Positions 10,587 to 20,823 of a DNA stretch of 64,000 nt are shown one piece after another. The position numbers and the translations under genes are program-made. The stretch lies in assembly GCA_964352245.1 (NCBI GenBank), contig CAYGQX010000006.1, forward strand, positions 7,396 through 71,395, written 5' to 3'. How positions within the stretch are numbered: position 1 is the stretch's first letter; the number at the start of each line of letters is the position of its first letter. The notes beneath the pieces are model-generated. The model saw nothing but the letters and a program-made list of their open reading frames with translations, was not told the origin of the DNA and searched no databases. The DNA comes from an uncultured Porphyrobacter sp. GTDB lineage: Bacteria > Pseudomonadota > Alphaproteobacteria > Sphingomonadales > Sphingomonadaceae.

Positions 10587-11600
10587 TCAAGTATCGGCCA
10601 GCCATTCAAAAACCGGCAATCCCTTGGAAGCCAACCATTCAGCATTATAGAGTGTCGAGAGATAGCGAAAGCCAGTGTCACAAAGGATTGTCGCAATTTG
10701 CGGATTGTCGACGCCCTCGCTTACCATTTGTTTGCCCAGCTCAATAGCGCCAGCGACATTAATTCCGCTGGAGAGCCCGAGGCACAGTCCTTCTGCGCGC
10801 AATAGTTTCTCGACCCAAACCAGGCCTTCCTCATCGGAAATTCGGAATTGAGTATCTATCGGCGCATCTTCCAAATTTGCCGTAATGCGGCCCTGCCCAA
10901 TGCCCTCTGCCACTGAGGAACCTTCGCCTTTCAGCTCGCCATACGCAAAGTAATTGTAGAGCGCGGCGCCATGCGGATCGGTCAGCGCAATACGGATGTC
11001 GGGGTTCTTTTCTTTCAACCCCATGCCAACGCCTGCAATCGTGCCGCCTGTGCCAGCCGCACAGGTAAAACCGTGCAACTTGCCGCCCGTTTGCTCCCAC
11101 AATTCCTGCGAAGTCCCTTCAATATGCGCGCGCCTGTTGGCCACATTGTCGAACTGACCAGCCCACACGGCCCCTTTCGTTTCCTCAGCCATGCGGCGTG
11201 AGACATGCTGGAAGTGTGCGGGGTCTGCATATTTGGTGGGAGGAACAAGCACCAGTTTCGCGCCAAGTGCCCGCAGCGTGTCCATTTTTTCTTTGGACTG
11301 GTTGTCCGGCATGACGATAATCGTCTTATAGCCAAGCGCATTGGCGACCAGCGCAACACCAATGCCGGTGTTCCCTGCGGTTCCTTCGATCACGGTGCCG
11401 CCGGGCTTCAATTCTCCGCGCGTCTCTGCATCACGGATCATGTAAAGCGCAGCGCGATCCTTCACGCTGGAACCAGGGTTTGCGAATTCGCACTTACCCC
11501 AGATATCGCAGCCTGCCTCATCGCTTGGCCCGGCTAACCAAACGAGCGGGGTCTTGCCAATCAAAGAGAGCGTGTCGCCAAAAGGTTTTGTAATGTTCAT
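10587..11600 (-). CDS. cysK: Cysteine synthase A-family PLP enzyme
   Basis: GKTPLV, NPGSSVKDR (PLP lysine), EGTAGNTG, GTGGT, GLSSGIN. Confidence 0.92.
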   Translation of the reverse strand: MNITKPFGDTLSLIGKTPLVWLAGPSDEAGCDIWGKCEFANPGSSVKDRAALYMIRDAETRGELKPGGTVIEGTAGNTGIGVALVANALGYKTIIVMPDNQSKEKMDTLRALGAKLVLVPPTKYADPAHFQHVSRRMAEETKGAVWAGQFDNVANRRAHIEGTSQELWEQTGGKLHGFTCAAGTGGTIAGVGMGLKEKNPDIRIALTDPHGAALYNYFAYGELKGEGSSVAEGIGQGRITANLEDAPIDTQFRISDEEGLVWVEKLLRAEGLCLGLSSGINVAGAIELGKQMVSEGVDNPQIATILCDTGFRYLSTLYNAEWLASKGLPVFEWLADT

Positions 11601-11641
11601 GGGGGCGAATTACGCGTTCAATCCCGCCCCCGCAAACAAGA

Positions 11642-11959
11642 TTAATCTTCAGGCGAGATAGTCACCTTCATACCCGACAACTCAGCGGTAAACGGGATCT
11701 GGCATGACAGACGCGATGTTTCGTTGCGGTGATCTGAAGATTCAAGCAAGTCGTCTTCATCTTCGCTCATTTCGGGCAGTTTGTCTTGGAACGCAGGGTC
11801 AACATACACGTGACATGTAGCGCAGGAGCAGCAACCGCCACACAATGCGAGCAATTCATCAAAGCCATTATCGCGAACCGCTTCCATTACGGTAAGGCCA
11901 TCCTCGACCTCAATTTCGCTTGTTTCCCCTTCGCGATTGGTGACGACCAGCTTGGGCAT
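11642..11959 (-). CDS. fdx: 2Fe-2S ferredoxin (adrenodoxin/putidaredoxin type)
   Basis: [11 protein letters not shown] and SRLSCQI. Confidence 0.95.
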   Translation of the reverse strand: MPKLVVTNREGETSEIEVEDGLTVMEAVRDNGFDELLALCGGCCSCATCHVYVDPAFQDKLPEMSEDEDDLLESSDHRNETSRLSCQIPFTAELSGMKVTISPED

Positions 11960-12069
11960 GTGTGTTCGTATCCTTCTTGAAAAACATTGAACGCAAGGTA
12001 GCGCGCTTGGAATAATGCGCTGCTCAGCTAGGGAGTTCCCTTAAGGTTGGCAAGCTAGAGGAATTGTGA

Positions 12070-12687
12070 GTGGGACTGACAGCCGAGACAATCCGCGCAG
12101 AAATGGATGCGTTGGCCGACAAGGATAAGCGCGTTGACAAACAACTGTCCCGCATAGGCTACCCCGAACCACGCATAAGAGATCGTGGTTATAAAACGCT
12201 CCTACGCACGATTGTGGGCCAGCAAGTATCCGTCGCAGCGGCAAATTCTATGTGGAACAAACTTGAAGCGGAACTGGGAGAAGGCTTTACCCCCAATTGC
12301 CTTTTAAAACGCGACTTTGACACACTTCGCGCTTGCGGACTTTCGCGTCAAAAACAGGGATATGCACGCAGCCTTTGTGAATTGGTTCAAAGCGGAGAAC
12401 TCGATTTCAATGCTCTTCCTGAAAGCGATGAGGGTGCCATAGAAGAGCTGACCCGCATCAAAGGTATTGGTCGCTGGTCGGCTGAGATTTATCTCCTTTT
12501 TGCTGAAGGGCGGACCGATATTTGGCCCGCCGGAGATCTCGCGGTGCAGGAGGGGGTAAAGCGCCTGCTTGAGCTTGAAGAGCGCCCTAAAGAAAACGAA
12601 ACTCGAAACCTGGGAGCACAATGGCAACCTCACCGAGGCGCGATGGCCATTTTCACATGGCACTTTTATGCCAATCCTGCCATCTAA
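12070..12687 (+). CDS. alkA: DNA-3-methyladenine glycosylase II family (HhH-GPD)
   Basis: IVGQQVS; HhH motif LTRIKGIGRWSAE; WPAGDLAV. Confidence 0.9.
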   Translation: MGLTAETIRAEMDALADKDKRVDKQLSRIGYPEPRIRDRGYKTLLRTIVGQQVSVAAANSMWNKLEAELGEGFTPNCLLKRDFDTLRACGLSRQKQGYARSLCELVQSGELDFNALPESDEGAIEELTRIKGIGRWSAEIYLLFAEGRTDIWPAGDLAVQEGVKRLLELEERPKENETRNLGAQWQPHRGAMAIFTWHFYANPAI

Positions 12688-12824
12688 CCAGATCCGATAA
12701 ACATCATATTCCTTCGACTAAGAGCGCTTGCGAAGCGCGCCCAACACCGTATCACTGACAGCATGCTGGCATCGCTTGATCGCGGTAACAATGCAGCACC
12801 TTGAATTGGAGAGGACACCTGCCA

Positions 12825-14903
12825 ATGTTTGGATTTTCGAAAACCGCTCGGCTTCTCGTTACAACAACAGCAGCATGCGCACTAACTCTGCCCAGTATCG
12901 TTTCGGCAGACAATCACGCTCAAGCAAACACCGGAGCATCGATGACAACCACTTCAGAAGCCGCCCCCTTGATCCCGCGCGATGCGCTCTTCGGCAATCC
13001 AACGAAATCGCAAGGCCGTTTGAGCCCTGATGGCACAATGCTGAGCTGGCTCGCTCCGCACAACGGCGTGCTCAACATATGGGTCGCTCCGCGCAATGAC
13101 ATGACGGCGGCCAAGGTAATCACAAATTCCGAAGACCGCCCGATCCGCGATCACTTCTGGGCTCCCGATGGAAAAAGCGTTGGCTACATTCAGGACAAGG
13201 GCGGAGATGAGAACTTTCTGCTCTACAAAATCGACATTGCTAGCAGCGAAGAAACGCTGATGACCCCGTTCGAAAACACGCGGGTATTAATAGTCGGTGC
13301 GTCGGAGACGATAAAGGACAAGATTCTAATCGGCGTCAATAATCGCAACCCGCAATTTCATGATGTGCATATGCTCGATATCAACACGGGCGACCTTGAG
13401 CTCGTGTATGAAAACGAGGGGTATGCCAGTTTTATGGCGGATGATACGCTGACCTTGCGCATGGCGTTTCGCCAAAACGAAGAAGGCGGCACGGACTATT
13501 TCAATGTGGTCGATGGGGTCGTTGAAGAAACGCCATTTGAAACCACAGCGATGGAAGATTCGCTGACGACCTCTCCCGCAGGCTACACCACCGATGGCTC
13601 GATCCTCTATTGGCTCGACAGCCGCGGCCGCAACACCGCTGCCCTATTTGCACAGGACACCGCGACGGGCGAAAAAACGCTGATCGCTGAGGACGCGAAA
13701 GCCGATTTGGGTGGAACGATGCGCGACACAAAGACGGGCGAAGTTCAGGCCTTTTCAGTCAATTACCTCCAGAACACCTGGACCGCGATCGATGATGATA
13801 TCGGCGCATCGCTCACATTTCTCGATGACAAGCTCGAAGGTGATTTCGGTGTCTCGAGCCGCACCGATGACGACAGCACGTGGATCGTCTGGAACGACCC
13901 TCTTATCGCTCCATCTCAGACCTTTATCTACGATCGCGAAGCTGAAACGCTGACCCCGTTCTACACCGCCCGTCCAGACCTCGAAGGCGCCCCTCTCCAG
14001 CCGATGCATCCGGTTGAAATCGCCAGCCGCGATGGCTTGACATTGCCTTCGTACCTCACTCTGCCGCCGGGCAGTGACAGCGATGGTGATGGTCGTCCTG
14101 ATGAGGCCGTTCCGATGATCTTGCTCGTCCATGGTGGTCCGTGGGCGCGCGATGATTACGGTTTTTCAAGTAGCGTCCAATGGCTCGCGAACAGAGGCTA
14201 TGCCGTATTGCAAACGAACTTTCGCGGTTCGACTGGCTTTGGCAAAAACTTCCTCAATGCAGGCAACAAGGAATGGGGCCTCAAGATGCACGATGACCTG
14301 ATCGATGCAACCGATTGGGCCATCGCCGAAGGCATTACCAGCGCAGATCAAGTGGCGATCATGGGCGGTTCTTATGGCGGCTATGCAACTTTGGCTGGCC
14401 TCACCTTTACGCCAGAAAAATTCGCTTGCGGTGTCGATATTGTCGGCCCGTCGAACCTTGAAACGCTGCTCGGCACGATCCCACCCTATTGGGCTCCGCT
14501 GGTGAAGATTTTCCACGAACGCATGGGCGACCCGAATACCGAGGAAGGCCTTGCTTTGCTTAAAGCTGCGAGCCCGCTCTACAAAGCGAACGACATCACT
14601 AAGCCGCTTCTGATCCTGCAAGGTGCCAACGATCCGCGCGTCAAGCAATCGGAAAGCGATCAAATCGTGGGCGCGATGAAAGAGGCAGGTATTCCGGTGA
14701 CTTATGTGCTGTATCCGGATGAAGGCCATGGCTTTGCAAAGCCCGTCAACAACATTGCTTACACCGCGATCACGGAAAACTTCCTTGCAACCTGCCTTGG
14801 CGGTCGCAGCGAACCCATTGGCGATACTGTCGCGGAATCCACAGCCGAAATCCTCGAAGGTGCTGAGCACGTTCAAGGGCTGGAAGAGGCGCTGGGCGGG
14901 TAA
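12825..14903 (+). CDS. Secreted S9 family peptidase (dipeptidyl aminopeptidase/acylaminoacyl peptidase)
   Basis: Signal peptide; VHGGPW; nucleophile GGSYGG; QGANDPRV; DEGHG; RBS GGAGAGG before ATG 12825. Confidence 0.93.
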   Translation: MFGFSKTARLLVTTTAACALTLPSIVSADNHAQANTGASMTTTSEAAPLIPRDALFGNPTKSQGRLSPDGTMLSWLAPHNGVLNIWVAPRNDMTAAKVITNSEDRPIRDHFWAPDGKSVGYIQDKGGDENFLLYKIDIASSEETLMTPFENTRVLIVGASETIKDKILIGVNNRNPQFHDVHMLDINTGDLELVYENEGYASFMADDTLTLRMAFRQNEEGGTDYFNVVDGVVEETPFETTAMEDSLTTSPAGYTTDGSILYWLDSRGRNTAALFAQDTATGEKTLIAEDAKADLGGTMRDTKTGEVQAFSVNYLQNTWTAIDDDIGASLTFLDDKLEGDFGVSSRTDDDSTWIVWNDPLIAPSQTFIYDREAETLTPFYTARPDLEGAPLQPMHPVEIASRDGLTLPSYLTLPPGSDSDGDGRPDEAVPMILLVHGGPWARDDYGFSSSVQWLANRGYAVLQTNFRGSTGFGKNFLNAGNKEWGLKMHDDLIDATDWAIAEGITSADQVAIMGGSYGGYATLAGLTFTPEKFACGVDIVGPSNLETLLGTIPPYWAPLVKIFHERMGDPNTEEGLALLKAASPLYKANDITKPLLILQGANDPRVKQSESDQIVGAMKEAGIPVTYVLYPDEGHGFAKPVNNIAYTAITENFLATCLGGRSEPIGDTVAESTAEILEGAEHVQGLEEALGG

Positions 14904-15005
14904 CCTGGCCCACAACAAATCTCACTGACATGGGTGTCAGTGGCTGACAATTTGCGCGCGCAGGTCTATTGGTCTGCGCGCGTATTGTTATCGGAGAGGG
15001 ATCGT

Positions 15006-15821
15006 ATGAGCGCACAACAACAGCGCCGCGCTATTTTCATTTCGGGCGGAGCATCCGGCATTGGCCGCGCCATCGCGCGCCATTTTGGCGAGCGCGGTTG
15101 GTTTGTCGGGATCGGGGACGTTAACGAACAAGGCATGGAAGATACGCTGGCTCTTATAGATAGCGACTTCAAATATGCACAAAAACTGGACGTGCGTGAT
15201 CGTGATGAATGGGAAAATACTCTCCAGGCTTTCAGCGTTGCTGCGGGTGGGAGAGTTGATGTTGTGGTGAACAATGCCGGGATTGGCACAGGTGGCCCGA
15301 TCCACGAGCTGGGCGTCGATGAGATTGATCGCTGCGTCGATATAAACATTCGAGGCGTCCTTTACGGCGCGCAGGCGGCTTACCAACATTTACTTAAAAC
15401 CGCCCCAGGCTCATGCCTCGTCAACATCGCCAGCGCTGCCGGGATCGTGGGCGGTTCAGGCATGAGCGTTTACAGCGCAAGCAAATTTGCGGTGCGCGGC
15501 ATTGCAGAAAGCCTTGATGCTGAATGGGCACCCGATGGCATCAAATCATGTTCGATCTGCCCCAGCTTTATCGAAACCCCGCTACTCGAAGGGACTGGGC
15601 ACAGGAAATCAAACGAATCCGTGCGCACTCGCGTTCAAGCAGCTGGCCTCGAGATTACGCCGGTAGAAGAAGTGGCCGAAACAGTTTGGGAAGCCGTCCA
15701 TGGTGACGGCTTGCATTACCTCGTTGGCAAAACAGCAAAGAGTATTAACTTCGCCAAGAAATGGATGCCCGGCCGAGTGCGCAAGCAACAGCGATCATCG
15801 GCATCCTTGCTGGGGCGGTGA
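15006..15821 (+). CDS. SDR family oxidoreductase
   Basis: GGASGIG, NNAG, YSASK; RBS GGAGAGGG before ATG 15006. Confidence 0.92.
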   Translation: MSAQQQRRAIFISGGASGIGRAIARHFGERGWFVGIGDVNEQGMEDTLALIDSDFKYAQKLDVRDRDEWENTLQAFSVAAGGRVDVVVNNAGIGTGGPIHELGVDEIDRCVDINIRGVLYGAQAAYQHLLKTAPGSCLVNIASAAGIVGGSGMSVYSASKFAVRGIAESLDAEWAPDGIKSCSICPSFIETPLLEGTGHRKSNESVRTRVQAAGLEITPVEEVAETVWEAVHGDGLHYLVGKTAKSINFAKKWMPGRVRKQQRSSASLLGR

Positions 15822-15840
15822 CTGTGTTTATAGTTAACTG

Positions 15841-16137
15841 TTAGCCCAAAATATCTTCGATTGCCTTCACCATATTGATATCACGCTGAGACAATCCTCC
15901 CGCATCATGCGTGGTCAATGTGACCTCAACTTTGGCATAGACATTGAACCATTCAGGGTGGTGATCTTGGCTCTCAGCGATCAGGGCTACACGGCTCATA
16001 AAGCCCCACGCTTCTGAGAAGTTATCAAACTGGAACGTGCGTGTAATAGCTTTGCCATCGCGTGCTTCTTCCCATTTTGGATGCTCTGACAAAAGCCGAG
16101 CCTGCTCTTTATCATTCAGCTGAGAAACCGATACCAT
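15841..16137 (-). CDS. phhB: Pterin-4-alpha-carbinolamine dehydratase
   Basis: [14 protein letters not shown] and [10 protein letters not shown]; ATG at 16137. Confidence 0.93.
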   Translation of the reverse strand: MVSVSQLNDKEQARLLSEHPKWEEARDGKAITRTFQFDNFSEAWGFMSRVALIAESQDHHPEWFNVYAKVEVTLTTHDAGGLSQRDINMVKAIEDILG

Positions 16138-16210
16138 TGACAAGCTCCTGAATCCACGCACTGATCGCTGTGGTTGTTTGACGCGAAGCTTTTGCCTAAC
16201 GCGCATCTTG

Positions 16211-16804
16211 ATGCAAGCGCCTTCGTCTCATTCTCTGACTGCAAGTGATCTCGCCTGCCGGCGCGGGGATCGCATTTTATTTCGTGGGCTTTCATTGAAG
16301 CTTGCCCCAGGCGATGCACTTCATGTGACCGGCGCCAATGGCATGGGTAAGACAACGCTCATCCGATCTCTTGCTGGACTGCACACGCCCTATTCGGGCG
16401 TTATTGAGACAAAAGGAGCGATTGGCCTTATCGATGATCGCTCGGCACTCGACCCCCACCTGCCGCTTGGCAAAGCAATTGATTTTTGGGCGCGGGTGGA
16501 TGGGACCAGCAGCGCGGCTCAGCCACTCAAGCAATTGGGCTTGGAGACGCTTTTGGACGTGCCAGTACAATACCTTTCAACGGGGCAAAAAAAACGATCA
16601 GCTCTGGCCACTCTGATTGGCCGCAAACCGCCGATTTGGTTGCTTGATGAACCTCTGAGCGGATTGGATTCAAATGCAATTGTGGAGACTTCCTCCATCA
16701 TTGAAGAACATTGCAAATCTGGCGGAATAGCTGTGATCGCCTCTCATCAAGCAATCACGATCGAGAACATGGAATTCCTCGCGATTGAGGATTACGCACC
16801 ATGA
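16211..16804 (+). CDS. ccmA: Heme ABC exporter ATP-binding protein CcmA
   Basis: LACRRGDR, Walker [24 protein letters not shown]; coupled to ccmB. Confidence 0.9.
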   Translation: MQAPSSHSLTASDLACRRGDRILFRGLSLKLAPGDALHVTGANGMGKTTLIRSLAGLHTPYSGVIETKGAIGLIDDRSALDPHLPLGKAIDFWARVDGTSSAAQPLKQLGLETLLDVPVQYLSTGQKKRSALATLIGRKPPIWLLDEPLSGLDSNAIVETSSIIEEHCKSGGIAVIASHQAITIENMEFLAIEDYAP

Positions 16805-17451
16805 TGAGAGCGCTCCTACGACGCGATCTGGCGCAGTTTTTCCCTTTCACAGGAAGCGGCGCCGCACTGCCTCTAGTTTTCTTTCTAGCAATCGCGATGC
16901 TGTATCCCTTCGCGGTTGGGCCTGATGCCAATATACTAGCGCGAACAGGCGGCGGTGTTGTTTGGATAGCGGCGCTTTTGGCCGCGATCCTGCCTGTTGA
17001 AAGTCTGGTGCGCAACGACATGGAGCGCGGCGTTTTCGATCAGTTATCGCTGCGCGGAATAAGCGAAGAGGTAATGATGGCCTTGCGGCTTCTTGCGCAC
17101 TGGTTAAGCTTTGGTCCGCCTTTAATCCTCGCCACTTTTCCTGCAGCAGCGCTTTTAGGCCTCGATGGCAAGACACTGCATCTTATTCTATTGGGATTGC
17201 TCGCTGGCACTCCGGGCCTTGCCGCGATTGGAATTATGATCGCAGCGCTAACGGCTAGTCTTCGTGCCGGGGCGGCTCTCTCGGGCCTCCTGCTTATCCC
17301 ACTTGCACTGCCTGTCCTCATTTTTGGCGCAGGCGCCCTCGCCCGGCAGGACCCGGTCAGTCTGGCTTTCGTTGCAGCGATAAGTCTGGGCCTTGTCGCC
17401 CTCACTCCATTTGTTGCGGGAGCAGCGATCCGAGCTGCGAGAGATATTTGA
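16801..17451 (+). CDS. ccmB: Heme exporter protein CcmB
   Basis: Multi-TM protein; GGVVWIAALLA, D..RG, LLLIPLALPVLIFGA. Confidence 0.9.
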   Translation: MMRALLRRDLAQFFPFTGSGAALPLVFFLAIAMLYPFAVGPDANILARTGGGVVWIAALLAAILPVESLVRNDMERGVFDQLSLRGISEEVMMALRLLAHWLSFGPPLILATFPAAALLGLDGKTLHLILLGLLAGTPGLAAIGIMIAALTASLRAGAALSGLLLIPLALPVLIFGAGALARQDPVSLAFVAAISLGLVALTPFVAGAAIRAARDI

Positions 17452-17452
17452 T

Positions 17453-18115
17453 ATGAGAGCGCCAGAAAACCATCGCCGCGCCAATCTGCTCATGAGCCAG
17501 ATTGCGCTTGGACTTCTGGTCTTCACATTCATCGCGTTTGCTTTGAAGGCCTATGCCCATCCTGAAGTACGCCTGCGCTACATCCCCATCGTTATCTTGC
17601 ATGCAGGCTTGATGCTCAGTTGGCTGGCCCTGCTCGTGGTCCAGCCCATTCTTGTCGTGACCAAGCGAATGAAATGGCACCGCGCATTGGGAGCTGTTTC
17701 GCTAGGTCTGGTCGGAGCAATGACGGCATCAGGTGCGATCATCGCGGTCAATATTGGCCGAGAATTGGGCCGCCCCGAAGTGACCGTGGTGAACATCGCG
17801 GCATTCGTGACATTCATCCCGCTCTATTTTGCAGCAGTCAACTCCGCACGATCCAAACGCGTTCATGAACACAGGCAAGCCATGCTAATCGCAACGCTCG
17901 CGTTAATGACACCAGCCTATGCGCGCGTGGTGCAAGTGATGGGGTTGCCCGATCCAGTTGCAATCGGCGTTCAGGTGCCGATCACGGTTGCCACCGCTTG
18001 CGCTTATGATTGGGTGGTAAAAGGCCACATCACCCGAGAGGTCATCTGGATGCTGGCTTTTTCGGTGGCTGTAATCTTTGTAATGGTGGCAGTGTTGGCG
18101 ATCTGGTTTTTATGA
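17453..18115 (+). CDS. Multi-pass membrane protein with conserved-looking His residues (DUF2306/cytochrome-b-like)
   Basis: About 6 TM segments; ILH...W...Q, WHRALG, HEHRQAM; ATG 1 nt after the ccmB stop. Confidence 0.7.
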   Translation: MRAPENHRRANLLMSQIALGLLVFTFIAFALKAYAHPEVRLRYIPIVILHAGLMLSWLALLVVQPILVVTKRMKWHRALGAVSLGLVGAMTASGAIIAVNIGRELGRPEVTVVNIAAFVTFIPLYFAAVNSARSKRVHEHRQAMLIATLALMTPAYARVVQVMGLPDPVAIGVQVPITVATACAYDWVVKGHITREVIWMLAFSVAVIFVMVAVLAIWFL

Positions 18116-18151
18116 GGCGAGCGTGAGAAAAGAAGTGTTCAATTTCCTGTA

Positions 18152-18403
18152 CTACAAGCCAACTCCATCACCATCATCATACAAGAAAAGTGTAGTCGGC
18201 CCATCAAAATTGCTAGCCCACTGGAGGGCTTCGTGAACTGAAACACCAACAAGTTCTTCGTAAGTGACCGCTATGCCCTGTTCTTCTTCAGGAACCTGAT
18301 CGGAGTCTCCATTGGCATTATCATGCTCAGTCGCTTCGACGATCGCATTGACTTTGCGCCAACGATGCCGGCGCTTTCTTTTATCAACAATGTTGCAGAG
18401 CAA
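18152..18403 (-). CDS. Small acidic hypothetical protein
   Basis: TTG start with GGGGA/GGGAT RBS 18 nt downstream of the map stop; protein-like composition (EATEHDN, A..WA, TLFLYD). Confidence 0.6.
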   Translation of the reverse strand: MLCNIVDKRKRRHRWRKVNAIVEATEHDNANGDSDQVPEEEQGIAVTYEELVGVSVHEALQWASNFDGPTTLFLYDDGDGVGL

Positions 18404-18421
18404 ATCCCATCCCCCGAAGAG

Positions 18422-19246
18422 CTAGTAAGGCGGCTTATCGCGCCCCGTCGGGCTCTTCGTGAAAATCTCGTTCCCGTCTTCCGTGATGGCCAAGGAATGC
18501 TCAAACTGAGCCGAAAGGGATTTGTCACGCGTCACCGCAGTCCAGCCATCGTTTAACACTTTGGCCCACGGCTTGCCGAGATTAATCATCGGTTCAATGG
18601 TGAAGAACATGCCGGGTTTAAGTTCCGGCCCTGTGCCCGCTTTAGATGCGTGTACCACCTCTGGTGCATCGTGAAATAAGCGTCCCAGCCCGTGGCCGCA
18701 AAACTCCCGCACCACGCCGTAGCGGAACTGCTTTGCATGCGCCTCAATCGCAGCACCAATATCTCCAAGGCGTGCACCCGGCTTTGCCGCTTCGATACCC
18801 AGCATCATGCATTCGTAAGTCACATCAACAAGCCGCTTGGCCTTGATCGATGGTTCGCCTGCGAAGAACATCCGGCTGGTATCGCCGTGCCATCCATCGA
18901 GCAGGGAAGTGACATCAACATTTAGAATATCGCCCTCTTTAAGCACTTTATCTGACGGAATACCGTGGCAGATAACGTGATTGATTGAGATGCAACTTGA
19001 ATGAGTATAGCCACGATAACCAAGCGTGGCAGGCACAGCCCCCGCATCCATCATCATCTCGCGTACCCGCGTGTCGATGCTTTCGGTCGTCACTCCGGGC
19101 TGCACCCACTCGGCTACCTCATCAAGTATGCGCGCAGATAACTGCCCAGCGCGCCGCATACCTTCGAAGCCTTCTTTGGTGTGCAATTTGATCGTGCCGT
19201 CGCGATAGACGGTGTCGGTGCTGTCTACGATTTGGTATTCCTGCAT
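18422..19246 (-). CDS. map: Type I methionyl aminopeptidase
   Basis: CISINHVICHGIP, DGWHGDTSR, FCGHGLG, FTIEPMIN, SAQFEH; ATG at 19246. Confidence 0.96.
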   Translation of the reverse strand: MQEYQIVDSTDTVYRDGTIKLHTKEGFEGMRRAGQLSARILDEVAEWVQPGVTTESIDTRVREMMMDAGAVPATLGYRGYTHSSCISINHVICHGIPSDKVLKEGDILNVDVTSLLDGWHGDTSRMFFAGEPSIKAKRLVDVTYECMMLGIEAAKPGARLGDIGAAIEAHAKQFRYGVVREFCGHGLGRLFHDAPEVVHASKAGTGPELKPGMFFTIEPMINLGKPWAKVLNDGWTAVTRDKSLSAQFEHSLAITEDGNEIFTKSPTGRDKPPY

Positions 19247-19347
19247 GGCAGGCAAGATAGCGCCGGCAGTGGCAAATTGCGAGAGGGTTACTCGAATGAA
19301 GTGAATTCGCACGTGACATGGCGTCACGGCGCACTAATTACGGCTGT

Positions 19348-20730
19348 ATGACTGAAACAGCCGACCTTATCCAGCCCGACCGCGGGCAAACCGCCACCAC
19401 AATCTACCTTGTTACTACTGCAAGCTATGAGGAATTCACAAAATCGCTTTCCGCTGGGCAGCGTGCCCAGTTAGCAGCGCAAAAGTTTGAAGGGTTACCC
19501 GGTCAAGTCGCATTCATTGGCGATGGCGATGCGTTTTTGGTCGCAGGCGGCGTGGCGAATTTGGAGAGCCTTTCGTCCTATTGCCTTGCGGCCTTAGCGG
19601 ATCGGCTACCTGGAGGTTTTTATCGCCTCGCAGAAGGCGAACCGGGGCCAGCGATGTTCGGTTGGATGACTGCCCAATATCGCTTCACTCGCTACCGTGA
19701 GGATGAAAAGCCGACAGGCCCGCGTGTGTTGCTCACCAGCCAAGTGGGGCGGATTGAAGCGTATCGCGCCGAAGCCGAGGCTGACATGCTGGTGCGTGAT
19801 CTGGTCAACACGCCAGCAGAAGACATGGGGCCAGCCGCTTTGGAGGCCGAATGCGAAAAACTGGCCAAAGCTCATGGCGGCGAATTGAAGGTCACTAAGG
19901 GGGACTCACTAGAACAAGGCTACCCCATGGTTCATGCCGTCGGACGCGCTGCTGCGCGGCATCATGCACCGCGGATCATGCACCTGACTTGGGGGTCTGA
20001 GGACGATCCAGTGTTGGCACTTGTCGGCAAAGGAGTTTGCTTCGATTCAGGCGGACTCGATATCAAACCGGCCGCTGGTATGCGGTTGATGAAGAAGGAT
20101 ATGGGCGGCGCAGCACATGCCATCGCGCTTGCCGGTCTGGTGATGGCTGCGAGGCTTAAGGTGCGGCTTCACTTGCTAATCCCTGCTGTCGAAAACGCAA
20201 TATCTGGTCCGGCCTTTCGCCCTGGCGACGTGCTTTCCAGCCGCAAAGGCCTATCGATCGAGATCCACAACACAGATGCAGAAGGGAGGTTAATTCTCGG
20301 GGATGCTCTGACCCGCGCTAGCGAGGAAGAACCCGATCTGATTATTGACTTTGCCACTCTGACAGGGGCTGCCCGTATTGCTCTTGGCCCAGACTATGCC
20401 GCCATGATGGCACGCCGGGATGAGACTGCCGCTGCCTTGATCGAAACTGGCAAGGCCAATGAGGATGAACCTTGGCGTCTACCTTTGCCGGAAGCATATC
20501 GCGAATACTTGAAATCCGACATTGCCGACATGGTGAATGCGCAGTCCAACCCTTATGCAGGAGCGAGCGTCGCAGGACTTTTTCTGGACAAGTTCGTCTC
20601 CGAAGGCACAGACTGGGTTCACTTTGATACGTTCGCGTGGTGCCCTTTTCCCAAACCTGGGCGCACAAAAGGCGGAGCGGCTTACGGGCTGCGAGCCAGC
20701 TGGCACATGCTCCGGAATCGCTACGGCTAA
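19348..20730 (+). CDS. M17 leucyl aminopeptidase family protein
   Basis: GKGVCFDSGGL, MKKDMGGAA, NTDAEGRL, ATLTGA. Confidence 0.95.
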   Translation: MTETADLIQPDRGQTATTIYLVTTASYEEFTKSLSAGQRAQLAAQKFEGLPGQVAFIGDGDAFLVAGGVANLESLSSYCLAALADRLPGGFYRLAEGEPGPAMFGWMTAQYRFTRYREDEKPTGPRVLLTSQVGRIEAYRAEAEADMLVRDLVNTPAEDMGPAALEAECEKLAKAHGGELKVTKGDSLEQGYPMVHAVGRAAARHHAPRIMHLTWGSEDDPVLALVGKGVCFDSGGLDIKPAAGMRLMKKDMGGAAHAIALAGLVMAARLKVRLHLLIPAVENAISGPAFRPGDVLSSRKGLSIEIHNTDAEGRLILGDALTRASEEEPDLIIDFATLTGAARIALGPDYAAMMARRDETAAALIETGKANEDEPWRLPLPEAYREYLKSDIADMVNAQSNPYAGASVAGLFLDKFVSEGTDWVHFDTFAWCPFPKPGRTKGGAAYGLRASWHMLRNRYG

Positions 20731-20823
20731 TTTATTCTGACTGAGGAAAGACCTTGCCGCTTGCTTGCCCGCTTTGGGGCTAGCCGCTAAGCGGCAGAAA
20801 TCGGCAGCTAAGGTAGCAAGAGA

